A stretch of 64,000 nucleotides of DNA, taken from Octopus sinensis. Its lineage: Eukaryota. Every line of letters begins with the position of its first letter. The stretch's first letter is position 1. The stretch lies in contig NC_042999.1 of NCBI RefSeq assembly GCF_006345805.1, forward strand, positions 169,632,001 to 169,696,000, written 5' to 3'. Below the pieces are notes generated by a model, which was given only the letters and a program-made list of their open reading frames with translations, was not told the DNA's origin and did no database searches. The position numbers and the translations under genes are program-made. This document shows positions 25,997 to 39,300 of the stretch, piece after piece.

Positions 25997-28900
25997 TATA
26001 TATAAATATGAGATTTAAATTTCAGAAGTTGTGAGCAAATTAGCATATCTCAAACATTTAAGAAATATTACACTGTATTACAAAATTCAGCTTTGGGAAA
26101 CTGAGGATTGTATGTGTATGTGAAGAGTATAAATATGGTGAATGGTTAACTGACGTTATGTAAGGCACATCCCACCCTTGTTCAGTCTCCATGTTAAATA
26201 AAAATGGTTCAAATCCATAGAAAACCATTCGATATTCAACTATGGAATTTATTTGCTGTGTTATAAGAAGTACAAATTAAAGAATATGGTGACCAAGAAA
26301 CCTGACCCAATGCTGTAACTTTAGGTAAGTGATTACAATTTAAGTTAGTAGGTATTAGATGATGATTATAAAAATAAGTATTTTAATTAGGTGCAGGAGT
26401 GGCTGTGTGGTAAGTAGCTTGCTAACAAACCACATGGTTCCGGGTTCAGTCCCACTGCGTGGCATCTTGGGCAAGTGTCTTCTGCTATAGCCCCGGGCCG
26501 ACCAATACCTTGTGAGTGGATTTGGTAGACGGAAACTGAAAGAAGCCTGTCGTATATATGTATATATATGTGTGTGTGTGTGTGTCTGTGTTTGTCCCTC
26601 TAGCATTGCTTGACAACCGATGCTGGTGTGTTTACGTCCCCGTCACTTAGCGGTTCGGCAAAAGAGACCGATAGAATAAGTACTGGGCTTACAAAGAATA
26701 AGTCCCGGGGTCGATTTGCTCGACTAAAGGCGGTGCTCCAGCATGGCCGCATTCAAATGACTGAAACAAGTAAAAGAGTAAAAGAGTAATTCTAGATGAA
26801 AACAACTTGAGGATGACTTGGTACCAGCAAAGTAGAGACTAACAAGAAATTTATGTTTTATAAATTTTCTCATTTCTATTTTGATAAATACATTCATAAA
26901 TCTTCATAATAATGCTTTGTTATATTAAAGAATCTGATGACCTCTTCAGTTCCATTTCATAGTTAAAAAGATTGCTTAAAGCAAAACACATGAAATTATT
27001 TCATTAATGTTAAAGATTTCAATTATCTCTTCAATTTCATTCCATCTTTTATCTTTTGATTTAGTTATTGGACTGCAACCATCCTGAGGCATTGCCTTGA
27101 AGGGTTCAGTGGAATAATTCCACCCCAGTATTTACATTTTAAGTGTGGTACTTGTTACAGGGACGTTAACACCCCCACCCCCACCACCAGTTGTCAAGCA
27201 TGGGGTGGGGACAAACAAAAACAGAAAGACACATATATATATGTGTATATGATGGGCTTCCACATACCAAATTCACTCCCAAGGCATTGATCAGCCAAAG
27301 TAGAAGGCATTTATGCAAGGAGCTATGCAATGGAACTGAACTTGTAAGTACATGGTTGCAAAGCAAGGTTCTTAAAACCAAAGCCATGCCTGCACCAGGG
27401 TCAAATGGGTTCAACATTTGAAGGCAGAAACACGGAGACAAGCAGAAATATCAAAAGATATTTCTGATTTCAAAATTAGTTTTAAAGAATCTGAATATCT
27501 CACCAGAGAAAATTCTATTTGGGACTGCTCCAAAAATTGGTCATGGGCTTCTCGAAACTTGCCTGTAACAACACAAAACTACAGTAAAAGAAATATATAT
27601 ATGTGCGTTTATGTATAAATGTGCAACTTGTATAATTTTCATTTTAATAAAGAACCTAAAATAAAAGTATACGAAAGATGTAATATTTAGAAGGAACCCA
27701 AGAAATATCTGAGTATTGAATGATAGCATGTGATCTGTATTAGCTTTTAATTAATGGGGGGGGGGGAGAAAACAAAAAGACAATATGTCTGACACCTTTC
27801 TGAAACTAAAGAATAAGAATGTGGTTAATTTTCAGGTTGGATTGTGGCAGGGTTGGAAACTAAACAGAGAAGCAGTTCTTGGAAAAAATATCTGCCGAAA
27901 TGTTTGGTACAGGACTGAAAAATAATGTATATTAGGAAGGGCAGAAACAGGTGAGGTGAAGGAATTGCAGTTGTTTTAGGTTGTGTACAGAATCAGTAGG
28001 TTCAGAGAAACAGAAATGGTGCAGAAAGAGAGAGAGGATAGAGGTTGACAGGAACATTTTCCTTAGATCCTTTCAAGAATCTGAGAAAGAGAGAGAGAGA
28101 TACTGTATAGGAAATGTATCGGTACTGGTCATATTTTAACTAACTGCTGTTCAGGTTGGGAATATTTCCTGACCCTAAAGGGGAATAGGTTTTGTGATGC
28201 TGTCTTATGTAATATAAAAAGAAAAAAATGTGGAGTCACCGTAAAAGGTTAATGTCATCACTGTTGAAGAAAGAAAACAATAAAGTTACTTTAAAAATAC
28301 GTAAAACCAAAACAAATTCTGAACACAAAAATTTATTACTAAACTTAAATGGGTTTCTTTAATGGTTTGATCTGGAGAAAGGAACTGTAAGAGCTGTACC
28401 AACAGTCTTAATGGGATCTCTCTGATTGGTGAGATTGATAGAATTCATGTTCCTCTTGAATAATTACTGGAAAAAAAATGGGCAGGATGGGATTTCAAGG
28501 GCCTGTTGGGGAGAAAGGACTGGGTGATGTGGTTAGTGCAGTGATGGAAAGGACATAATATGAGTGATGAAAAGAAGAGAAAGAGGCAAATAAGTTAGGA
28601 GGGCCTAAGTGCATGTGGCATGACACCACCCAACTCTTGGGAACAGCAGCCACCATAGTAGCAGGCTTAAGGTAAGGTAACCTTCTTTGGAGATGGGCTT
28701 TTAGCACTCCATTATTGTAGTCCTCACTTAAGCTTTGTAGAGTAAGTAGTTAAGGAGGAAGAGGCTGTATTTTTAACCCCAGAAGAAAGATCAGTCCTTG
28801 TGATGTAGTCTTTGCTAAGTTGATGCTAAGAGAGCAGCAAGAGAGATCTTTATTGGTGGTGGTGGTGAGGCCTAAAACTTTTTTGAGTGAGGTGTAGTGA

Positions 28901-31900
28901 TTATATTTTTGTTTATTGTTGATGGAGAGAAGATTGATATGGCCTCATCGGAGAATGCTTTTGAGGGTTTTATGCACGGGGTCGGTATAGATATGACGTA
29001 TAGCACCGAGTTGACATGGAGATGACACTTGAACACAGACAGTTGGAGAGGAATGACAGGTCAAATCATCTGCAGTCAGCAGCACCGCAAGAGGAAATTT
29101 CAAATAGGTTGTTTATATAAAAGTGTGGAAGACTGAAATGAAACCATGGGGCAAACTATGGGTTGCAAAAGTATGGGTCAGAGAGAAGGCTTAATCATTA
29201 CATAACATCATGGTGTGATCTGACTGAAAGCACCCTAGCCAAGAGATAATGAAGCCTAGTCTAGCTAGGAGATTTGCATTCCAGACATGTCATGTAAATA
29301 CATATGTTCTTATTAAATTTTTCAAGAGTGAAGGTCCATTAGTGAGTGACACAGGAGAGCAGGTCTCCAGAAGATTATTGCTGTAGGTCTCCAGAAGTTA
29401 TTGATGGTCTTTGAAGAAGGAGAGGAATTTAAGGTGTTGGAGGTGTTCTTTTAATGACTGTCACCTTCCCATCAACTTTGAGATATTAGGAGTGCAAAAG
29501 ACCAGCAAATAGGAGGGTCCAAGGGATTTTCATTGAGATAGGAAGAAATTGAAAAGTTTTGTGAAGATAGGAGTTCACTCTGGGGCTAAGAACCAAATTA
29601 AACATAAGCTAAAGCATATAAATAAATTATGCAGACTATTTAACATGGGAAACACTTGTAACAAATGTACTTACTTAATAAGCCTGTATCTTTTGCCAAA
29701 GCATTATCTTTCCTCCATTCAGCAATAACATCGAGAATAGCATTAAAGTGGAAATTCAACCGGCGACAAGATTCTGGCAGTGCCAGCTGACCATTTTCAA
29801 AGATTAATTCATATTTGTCTCGAATAATTTTCATATCTATGTCTGCCTGAAAATAAAATATTCAAAATCTACACTTTCTCACTACTTATGAAAGGTTTTC
29901 GTTTTAAATATATTCTATGGTTAATCTTATCTGCAAGACGTTTTGTTAGCTTAGTAAATTTCTGGTTGAAACCCATGGCAAACAGAGAATACCAAATCAG
30001 AGTGGCTGGTGTTGATTAACAGCTTCTGCAGCAACAAGGAGGGCAGAGACACATTTTTCTCCAGAGAAGAGCCAAATCTATTTGCTGTCAGAATATTACT
30101 GCAGCTTATATTACTGATCACAAAAGAATGAAATGCTAAATTAAATACTAGATGTAAACCAGTAATCACCAAAGTTAAAAATATCAGCTCCCATACAGTA
30201 TGTTCAGATATTAAAAGTGCCTTTGATAGGATGGAAAGAGAAACCATATTTCCTCCAATACACATTTCTTAAAGTTTCCATATTTGTCATACTAATATAG
30301 GCTGAAACTGAAATAGCTATGATATTCAACCACAAACTTATAGTTTCATGTGTGCATATGTGTAGAATGGGTTGCATTATAGTGCAATTGGGCAGTGTCA
30401 TAATTCTACATATCTCAATTTTCAAACCTGTTGGATTATCTGGAATTGTTGCCTGTAACAGATTAGCATTATATCTGTAGAAGATATATTTTTTCCATAT
30501 GTTTAATGTCAAAAGACCAGCACTATGTTCTAACCCTAATGTCATAAGGCCTGAATCAAACCAACCATAATCCCACAAAACCAGCATTAAACTCTAATTC
30601 TTGATGCCATGAAACCAAAGTTAAGCTAAAACCTTTAAAATCTACTCACACTTTAGAAAACTTTTATATTATGATAACAAGGGTTGGAATTTAGAATCTA
30701 TTTGCTTGCAGGAACTGTTTGAAGCAGTGTTTTACAGATAGCTGCCCCTTCTTATTATCTATAGGAAAATGAGAGTGATAAATATCTAACAAAATAATCA
30801 AAGCAAAAACACATGTGTCATAGCTAAGGGAACAATAGAATGATTGAACCAAGGTTTAACATTTCATTTATAAATAAAAAGTTAACGTGTCATCCATGAA
30901 ACTAAAAAAAAAAAAATGCTAAAAATGATAACCACATATACTAATGCAACTGGACTGGCGAGATGGTAATTGCTTTTTCCCTGTTGATCAAAGCCACAAA
31001 CTCACCTGCATGCACATCAAACAAATTGGGTTATTAACACAGTTGTTGATTATTTGAGTTCCTTGGCCCAAACACATATCTCCAATATTACTTGCTTCAT
31101 CAACCCTGCCTCCTAAACAGTTCTGAGCCTCCAATACAGTCACCTGATCAGTAAAAAGAAAAATATTAATCAGAAAATAGAAATAAGATATAAATTAATA
31201 TAAAGTCTTAAGTGATATCAAAAATACAACAATTTATTTGCAAGAATTTACAGTCATTGGTTTCAAGTTTATATAATTCAGATAATAATGTAAGTCACTT
31301 CATAGTGTAAACATTTGAAAAAGGTGAAGATCTACGTTGATAAGATACAGCTGCTTGAGGCTACAATTAAAGGATATTTATAAACAACTTATAAAAGTCT
31401 TATAAAAATATGAATTGAATGAAAGAAAATCCAGACAGTAGAGAAATCTATCATCAACACTCATTGTTATAATGTTTACAGGCAGTTATCACAATGTATG
31501 TCATAAATTTCAAATGTCTTACCATTTCTCATGAAGTCTTTTAATTTCATCTTAATTCTTAGATAAACTTAACACTTTTACAACCACAGTTTTGCTGAAA
31601 TACACTATGTGCTTTTATTAATTTTGAAATTAATCACCAATTTCAAGGAATATAGTAAAAAATAACTTCTACATTATTAAAGTTGGTGCTTGTTAGGATG
31701 ACCACCTCAGGACGCTAAACTTTTGGATGAAATGACAAAAGACCGAGACACCTGGTGCCTTGCTGTACTCAAGAAGACCCATCCGCCACTACAGAAATAT
31801 TCAGGCCAGATCCCCTTGGTGAAGAGGATTGGCCTGTAAGAGTACTGTGCTGGGGCCACATAAAAAGCACTTATACCAATGGTATATCAATGTGCTTATG

Positions 31901-33303
31901 CCACATTAAAAGCATCTAGCACACACTGTAAAATGGTTAGCATTAGGAAGGGACACCTAACCATAGAAACCAAGTGAAATCAGACTGGAACCTGATGCAG
32001 TTCTCCAGCTCTGGTCAAACTGTCCAATCCATGCTTGCATGGAAAATGGACGTTAAATGATGATGATGATGATGATTAGAACCTAGCTGAACAAAAGTTT
32101 CTTACACGAAATTATAATGCATGCCTTAAAATGAAGCTTTATAGCATAGGATGAGAGGCAGTCTCATAACAGTTTAAAGATCTTTAAAGGGTTCCATCAA
32201 TATCCAGGCTTTCAAAAACTCTATGTCAGCAAAAAAAAAAAAAAAAAAAAGGGTCAATCTGTTTCTCTCTGAATCCTGTGCAACTACTGTCACACACACA
32301 CTGTCTGTCTGTCTGTCACATAGGCGCACACACACACACACACATTCTAAGGTTGTTCATCATTTATAACAATCAGACCAAATTACATATTTTAAAGGCT
32401 GTAATTTATTTCAGAGTCAATTATGTGAGACAACATTTCAAAGGTCAACTTGAAAATGCTCCCCAAATTGTCTTCTCCAGGCTTTCCTTGTTTATCCAGC
32501 CCATTTCTCCTACTTGGATCTGTCTTATCAACTCTTAGTCACCATCATCTTTCTTTACACAACCACGTATTTTTGCTATGTTCAGAGTTTAAAAAAAAAA
32601 TGAAACAAATAAAGTCCAGCGAAACAGTACATCTTTATGGCTGCTAAAAATGCTAGAAATAGCAACCAAATCTCCATCAAATAACACATTAAAAATAATG
32701 AAAGACAAATTAATCTAGTGTTATGCAAAAAAGAAAAAAAATGGGATGGGTTATTATCATCATCGTTTAACGTCCACTTTCCATGCTGGTCTGGGTTAGA
32801 CGGTTTGACTGAGAACTGGCAGCATCAGTCTGATTTGGCATGATTTCTACAGCTGGATGCCCTTCCTAACATCAGCCACTCCGAGAGTGTAGTGGGTGCT
32901 TTTTACGTGCCACTGGCATGGGAGCCAGTCAGGTGGCACTGGCATCAGCCACATTCAAATGGCACTTTTTACATGGGAATAACTAGAAAATCTTTAATTG
33001 AAGGTCTATTTAATCAGAGATGACCTGGAGCTAAACAACAATGGCTTTATGGGGAGTTGAATAGGAAGAATAACGAATGAATCTAATTTCTGTTCTACAT
33101 TAAGTGTTTTTGATTTGCTATGCTCCAGCATAGGCATAGTCCTATGACTGAAACCATTAAAATAGGCACAAGTGTGGGTGAGTGATTAAGAAGCTTGCTT
33201 CCCAATCAATGTGGTTTTTGGGTTCAGTCCCACTGCATGGCCCAGACTGACTAAAGCCTTATTAATGGATTTTGTAGATAGCAACTGAAAAAAGCCTATT
33301 GTG

Positions 33304-33364
<61 letters not shown>

Positions 33365-36300
33365 CAATTTAGATGATCATTTATGCAGTCATCTAATTTG
33401 TTATAATGTCTTTTTGTTGAGATAGGTTCTCTTTCTTTCCTGATGAGAAGATAATATTATTTTACATCGTTTATTCCTTTGGAATAAAAACAATGTTGTC
33501 TTTGTTGTCCATTTACCTCAAACTCTTTACCGTATCCTCTTCAGAACATGCTCCTCACCCCTCCTCAACACATGCACATACCACCAAACTCCATTCACCC
33601 TTGCCAGCCGTTCCACTGATTCTTCCAACCCCAGCATCCCCATCAAATCCTCAGTGCTCTTCTTATCAAACAGCCTCATGCAACACATTACAAAATATTG
33701 GAAATGAATGACTATGACACCCATTTACAACTATTACACAATGTCCAGGCATGGAAACACAATCACACACACAACAAGCTTCTTTCAGTTTCTGTCTACC
33801 AGATCAACTCACAAGGTTTTGGTCAGTCAAGGTGCCATGCAATGGGACTGAACTTGAAACTATGTGACTGGGAAGCAAATTCCATAACCCCACGGCCATG
33901 CCTGCACCTATATATTAAGATAATAATACTGGTTAAAGTTAGATTAAATCAGTGGTATTTATGTGAATCCTGCCTTTGTCGGTGACTAACGCAGACGCCT
34001 GTAGCAAAGATATCAACTGAAAAGAAATACTTTAATCTTTTTGCATTCAAAAGTTATTCTGTTAAATATGCTGTTTATTCATTCACGTTGTTTTGAATTA
34101 ATCATGAATTGTGTTGTAGCTTCAAGATTTTGATAATGTGACTATTTTTAGAATGACATTATAGGGTAGGTATGAGAGGCCAGAGCCAGTTAGTCTGATT
34201 GTAAAGCAGACAGAGAATATTTTGGCCAGAGATGGCCAGTTTAAATGCTAAAGGATTCAGAACTAACCTTCACTCCAAAATTAGATAACTGTCTCGCTGC
34301 TGCTAGTCCAGTAATGCCAGCCCCAACCACAATAACTGAATGCTGTAACACAAAAAAGATATTGAATTAGAATCCAACAAGAGATAATAAACTGAAAAGA
34401 GATATATTGACAACTACAAGATTTGAAATTACATCTTAAAACTGGATGCAACTAGCAGGTACTTCTGAGAGATCAATTTGGTGATATATTCTCTCATTCT
34501 TGTTAGATATTTAGCATTTGTAAAGTATACAATTTCATTGTTTCTATGTTGTCTTATGCTTGTATAAATAAGAAACAGTATTTCTGGGAGAATAATTTTG
34601 CTCTACTTTCTCTCATTTTTACTGGATATTTGATAGTTTTAATATTCGTAAAACATGCAATTTACTTTAATTACCCATTCTTTTTCCCTTCTTGATTTTA
34701 TGTTGTGTATGTTGTATCAATCTTTATAAGCTTTTACCTAAACACATGCTATTCTTCACAATGTAACCATCAAATATGTATCATCATAACTACTAGATGA
34801 CACCATCAGATCTGCCCAAATTTAAACTCTCTTCTTTCTCTTAATTGATTTTTAAAAATTTTCATATAAATACCAACTTTATTTTTATAATTATTTTAAT
34901 GTCATAATTTTAAAAAATTGTTTCTTAGTGCTGGAATAGGATTGTTGCTCTGTAGTGTTTGCGTTACATGCTGTTTCCCTTTTCTTTTTACTCAGTTGTA
35001 TTCTCTTCTTATTTCTATATAACTTTCTTGTGACCAGGACCAGACAAAACGTGTGTGTGCTGGCGAAAGCCATAGTAAATTGAATGACACTTACATTTTC
35101 ATAGTTTACATTTGGTAGCAATAAGCTAGTTGGTGGATCATGCAGCAAACCAATGTTAATAAGACCTTCCCGAGTAAGATAGTAAATAATCGACTGTAAT
35201 AATTCAACACACTTAATTCTTGAAACACCTCTATAAATCAGATAATTAGCACACCGCTGCCAAGTCATCCATTCCTACAAATATAAAAAGAAAAATAACA
35301 CAAAACCCATGAAGCACATTTCAAATATATAAACTGTTCAAAAACTAAAGAATAGTAAACTGAAATTTCAGCCTCAAAATACTTCATTCATGGCAAGGAA
35401 GACAAAGGAGCAATAATAAAGTTCGATCGAGTCTGATCTTAATTTTACCATTCAGTCCTGCTCTGAAATCTAGCTTTTGTGGAATGAAATATCTAACCAG
35501 GCTCCCCCCATCCAAAGGATTCTAATGACATTTGCAAGCATCCAGTTGAGTAATATGAGAATCAGAGAAGGCAAAAAAATCACTGAGAACCACTGCTTTA
35601 GATCATGTAGTTTATTCCAATATAATATCTTGGACTAAAAGACCACACAATCGATGGAATATCACTGATCAAAGGTCTGCATGATCAATACTGACAAGGA
35701 AGTAAACAATATCAACCATAACCTCATGGCCTGTGCCAGGAGCGTAAGCAGCCCATTTATGGTACCTTTTCCTTCTTTGGACACTAAACTCTGCTTGCAA
35801 AGACCTGTTGAGGCAAGTGAAATCGAAATCAAAGTAAAATTCAATGATGGGCACCTGTGCTAGCGGGGTGCAAAGAGCACCATACGAGCATGATTGTTGA
35901 CAGAGCAGCTAACTGGCTTCTGTGCCAGTGGCACATAAAAGGCACCATTCGAGTGCGATCGTTACCAGCGTCACCTTACTGGCACTTGTACCCGTGCTAG
36001 TAGGGTGCTAAGAGCACCATCCGAGCATGATCGTTGCCAGAGAGGCTAACTAGTTTCCGTGCCAGTGGCATGTAAGAGGCACCATTCGAGCGGGATTGTT
36101 ACCAATGTCGCCTTACTGACACCTGTGCCGGTGGTATGTGTAAAAAGATTTGAGCGAGGTCGTTGCCAGTACCACCTGACTGGCCCCCATGCCAGTGGCA
36201 CATAAAAAGCACACACTGCACTCTCAGAGTGGTTGGCGTTAGGAAGGGCATCCAGCCGTAGAAACTCTGTCAGATCAAGATTGGAGCCTGGTGCAGCCAT

Positions 36301-39300
36301 CTGGTTCGCCCACCTTCAGTCAAACCGTCCAACACATGCTAGCATGGAAAGCGGACGTTGATGATAATGATGATGATGATTTCTCTTCAAGTGACAGCTA
36401 GACTGTGTAAAACATGATTAAAGAAGTGTGACATGACACAGAATGTGATGAAGTAGATATATGATGAAAAGCATTCCAGTTATAATCACCCAATCGTTAC
36501 TTTTTCAAGATGCTAGGTTGCAATATGAGGGAAATTTGGCTGCTGTTTCCGGTAGGAAGAGGAACCAAGTAGAAGGTTCTTCTTTGGTTTTATGCTGAGG
36601 TGAAAAGATTTTGAAATTTAAGTCTGTCTGAACATTGATACGACCATATCAACTGAATAGAATTAGTATGAGTGAGACAGAGGGAGGTGTGGTGTGAAGG
36701 GGGGAGGTGTGGTGTGAAGGGGGGGTGGTGGTGTGAAGGGGGGAGGGTGGTGTGAAGGGGGGGTGAAGGTGGAGGTGTGGTGTGAAGGGGGAGGTGTGGT
36801 GTGAAGGGGGGGGTGAAGGTGGAGGGTGGTGTGAAGGGGGAGGTTGTGGTGTGAAGGGGGGAGGTGTGGTGTGAAGGGGGGAGGGTGGTGTGAAGGGGGG
36901 GTGAAGGTGGAGGTGTGGTGTGAAGGTGAGGTGTGGTGTGAAGGGGGGAGGTGTGGTGTGAAGGAGGGAGGTGTGGTGTGAAGGGGGAGGTGTGGTGTGA
37001 AGGGAGGGAGGTGTGGTGTGAAGGGGGGAGGTGTGGTGTGAAGGGGGGGAGGTGTGGTGTGAAGGAAGGAGGTATGGTGTGAAGGGGGAGGTGTGGTGTG
37101 AAGGGGGGAGGTGTGGTGTGAAGGGGGAGGTGTGGTGTGAAGGGGGGGGTGAAGGTGGAGGTGTGGTGTGAAGGGGGAGGTGTGGTGTGAAGGGGGAGGT
37201 GTGGTGTGAAGGGGGGTGAAGGTGGAGGTGTGGTGTGAAGGGGGAGGTGTGGTGTGAAGGGGGAGGTGTGGTGTGAAGGGGGAGGTGTGGTGTGAAGGGG
37301 GGGTGAAGGTGGAGGTGTGGTGTGAAGGGGGAGGTGTGGTGTGAAGGAGGGAGGTGTGGTGTGAAGGGAGGTGAAGTGGAGGTGTGGTGTGAAGGGGGGA
37401 GGTGTGGTGTGAAGGGGGGAGGTGTGGTGTGAAGGGGGAGGTGTGGTGTGAAGGGGAGGGGGGGGTGAAGGTGGAGGTGTGGTGTGAAGGGGGGAGGTGT
37501 GGTGTGAAGGAGGGAGGTGTGGTGTGAAGGAGGGAGGTGTGGTGTGAAGGAGGGAGGTGTGGTGTGAAGGGGGGGTGAAGGTGGAGGTGTGGTGTGAAGG
37601 GGGGGTGAAGGTGTGGTGTGAAGGGGGGAGGTGTGGTGTGAAGGAGGGAGGTGTGGTGTGAAGGGGGGTGAAGGTGGAGGTGTGGTGTGAAGGGGGAGGT
37701 GTGGTGTGAAGGAGGGAGGTGTGGTGTGAAGGAGGGAGGTGTGGTGTGAAGGGGGAGGTGTGATGTGAAGGGGGAGGTGTGGTGTGAAGGGGGGGAAGGT
37801 GGAGGTGTGGTGTGAAGGAGGGAGGTGTGGTGTGAAGGGGGGAGGTGTGGTGTGAAGGGGGGTGAAGGTGGAGGTGTGGTGTGAAGGAGGGAGGTGTGGT
37901 GTGAAGGGGGGAGGTGTGGTGTGAAGGAGGGAGGTGTGGTGTGAAGGAGGGAGGTGTGGTGTGAAGGGGGAGGTGTGGTGTGAAGGAGGGAGGTGTGAAG
38001 GAGGGAGGTGTGAAGGAGGGAGGTGTGGTTGGAAGGGGGAGGCGTGGTGTGAAGGAGGGAGGTGTGTGGTGAAGGGGGAGGGTGGTGTGAAGGAGGGAGG
38101 TGTGGTGTGAAGGAGGGAGGTGTGGTGTGAAGGAGGGAGGTGTGGTGTGAAGGGGGAGGTGTGGTGTGAAGGGGGGGTGAAGGTGGAGGTGTGGTGTGAA
38201 GGGGGGTGAAGGTGGAGGTGTGGTGTGAAGGGGGGAGGCGTGGTGTGAAGGAGGGAGGTGTGGTGTGAAGGGGGAGGCGTGGTGTGAAGGAGGGAGGTGT
38301 GGTGTGAAGGGGAGGTCTGGTGTGAAGGGTGGGGAAGGTGGAGGTGTGGTGTGAAGGAGGGAGGTGTGGTGTGAAGGAGGGAGGTGTGGTGTGAAGGAGG
38401 GAGGTGTGGTGTGAAGGGGGAGGGTGTGGTGTGAAGGAGGGAGGTGTGGTGTGAAGGGGGAGGTGTGGTGTGAAGGGGGAGGTGTGGTGTGAAGGGAGGT
38501 GTCGTGTGAAGGAGGGAGGTGTGGTGTGAAGGAGGGAGGTGTGGTGTGAAGGGGGGAGGTGTGGTGTGAAGGGGGGAGGTGTGGTGTGAAGGAGGGAGTG
38601 GTGGTGTGAAGGGGGGAGGTGTGTGTGAAGGAGGGAGGTGTGGTGTGAAGGGGGGAGGCGTGGTGTGAAGGGGGAGGCGTGGTGTGAAGGAGGGAGGCGT
38701 GGTGTGAAGGGGGAGGTGTGGTGTGAAGGAGGGAGGTGTGGTGTGAAGGAGGGAGGTATGGTGTGAAGGAGGGAGGTGTGGTGTGAAGGGGAGGTGTGGT
38801 GTGAAGGGGGGTGAAGGTGGAGGTGTGGTGTGAAGGGGGGAGGTGTGGTGTGAAGGAGGGAGGTGTGGTGTGAAGGGGGGAGGCGTGGTGTGAAGGAGGG
38901 AGGTGTGGTGTGAAAGAGGGAGGTGTGGTGTGAAGGGGGAGGTGTGGTGTGAAGGTGGAGGTCTGGTGTGAAGGGGGAGGTCTGTGTGTGAGTGAGGAGG
39001 GAGGTGTGTGTGAAGGGGGAGGTGTGGTGTGAAGGGGGAGGTGTGGTGTGAAGGAGGGAGGTGTGGTGTGAAGGAGGGAGGTGTGGTGTGAAGGAGGGAG
39101 GTGTGGTGTGAAGGAGGGAGGTGTGGTGTGAAGGGGGAGGTGTGGGTGTGAAGGAGGGAGGTGTGGTGTGAAGGAGGGAGGTGTGGTATGAAGGAGGGAG
39201 GTGTGGTGTGAAGGGGGGAGGTGTGGTGTGAAGGAGGGAGGTGTGGTGTGAAGGAGGGAGGTGTGGTGTGAAGGAGGGAGGTGTGGTGTGAAGGAGGGAG

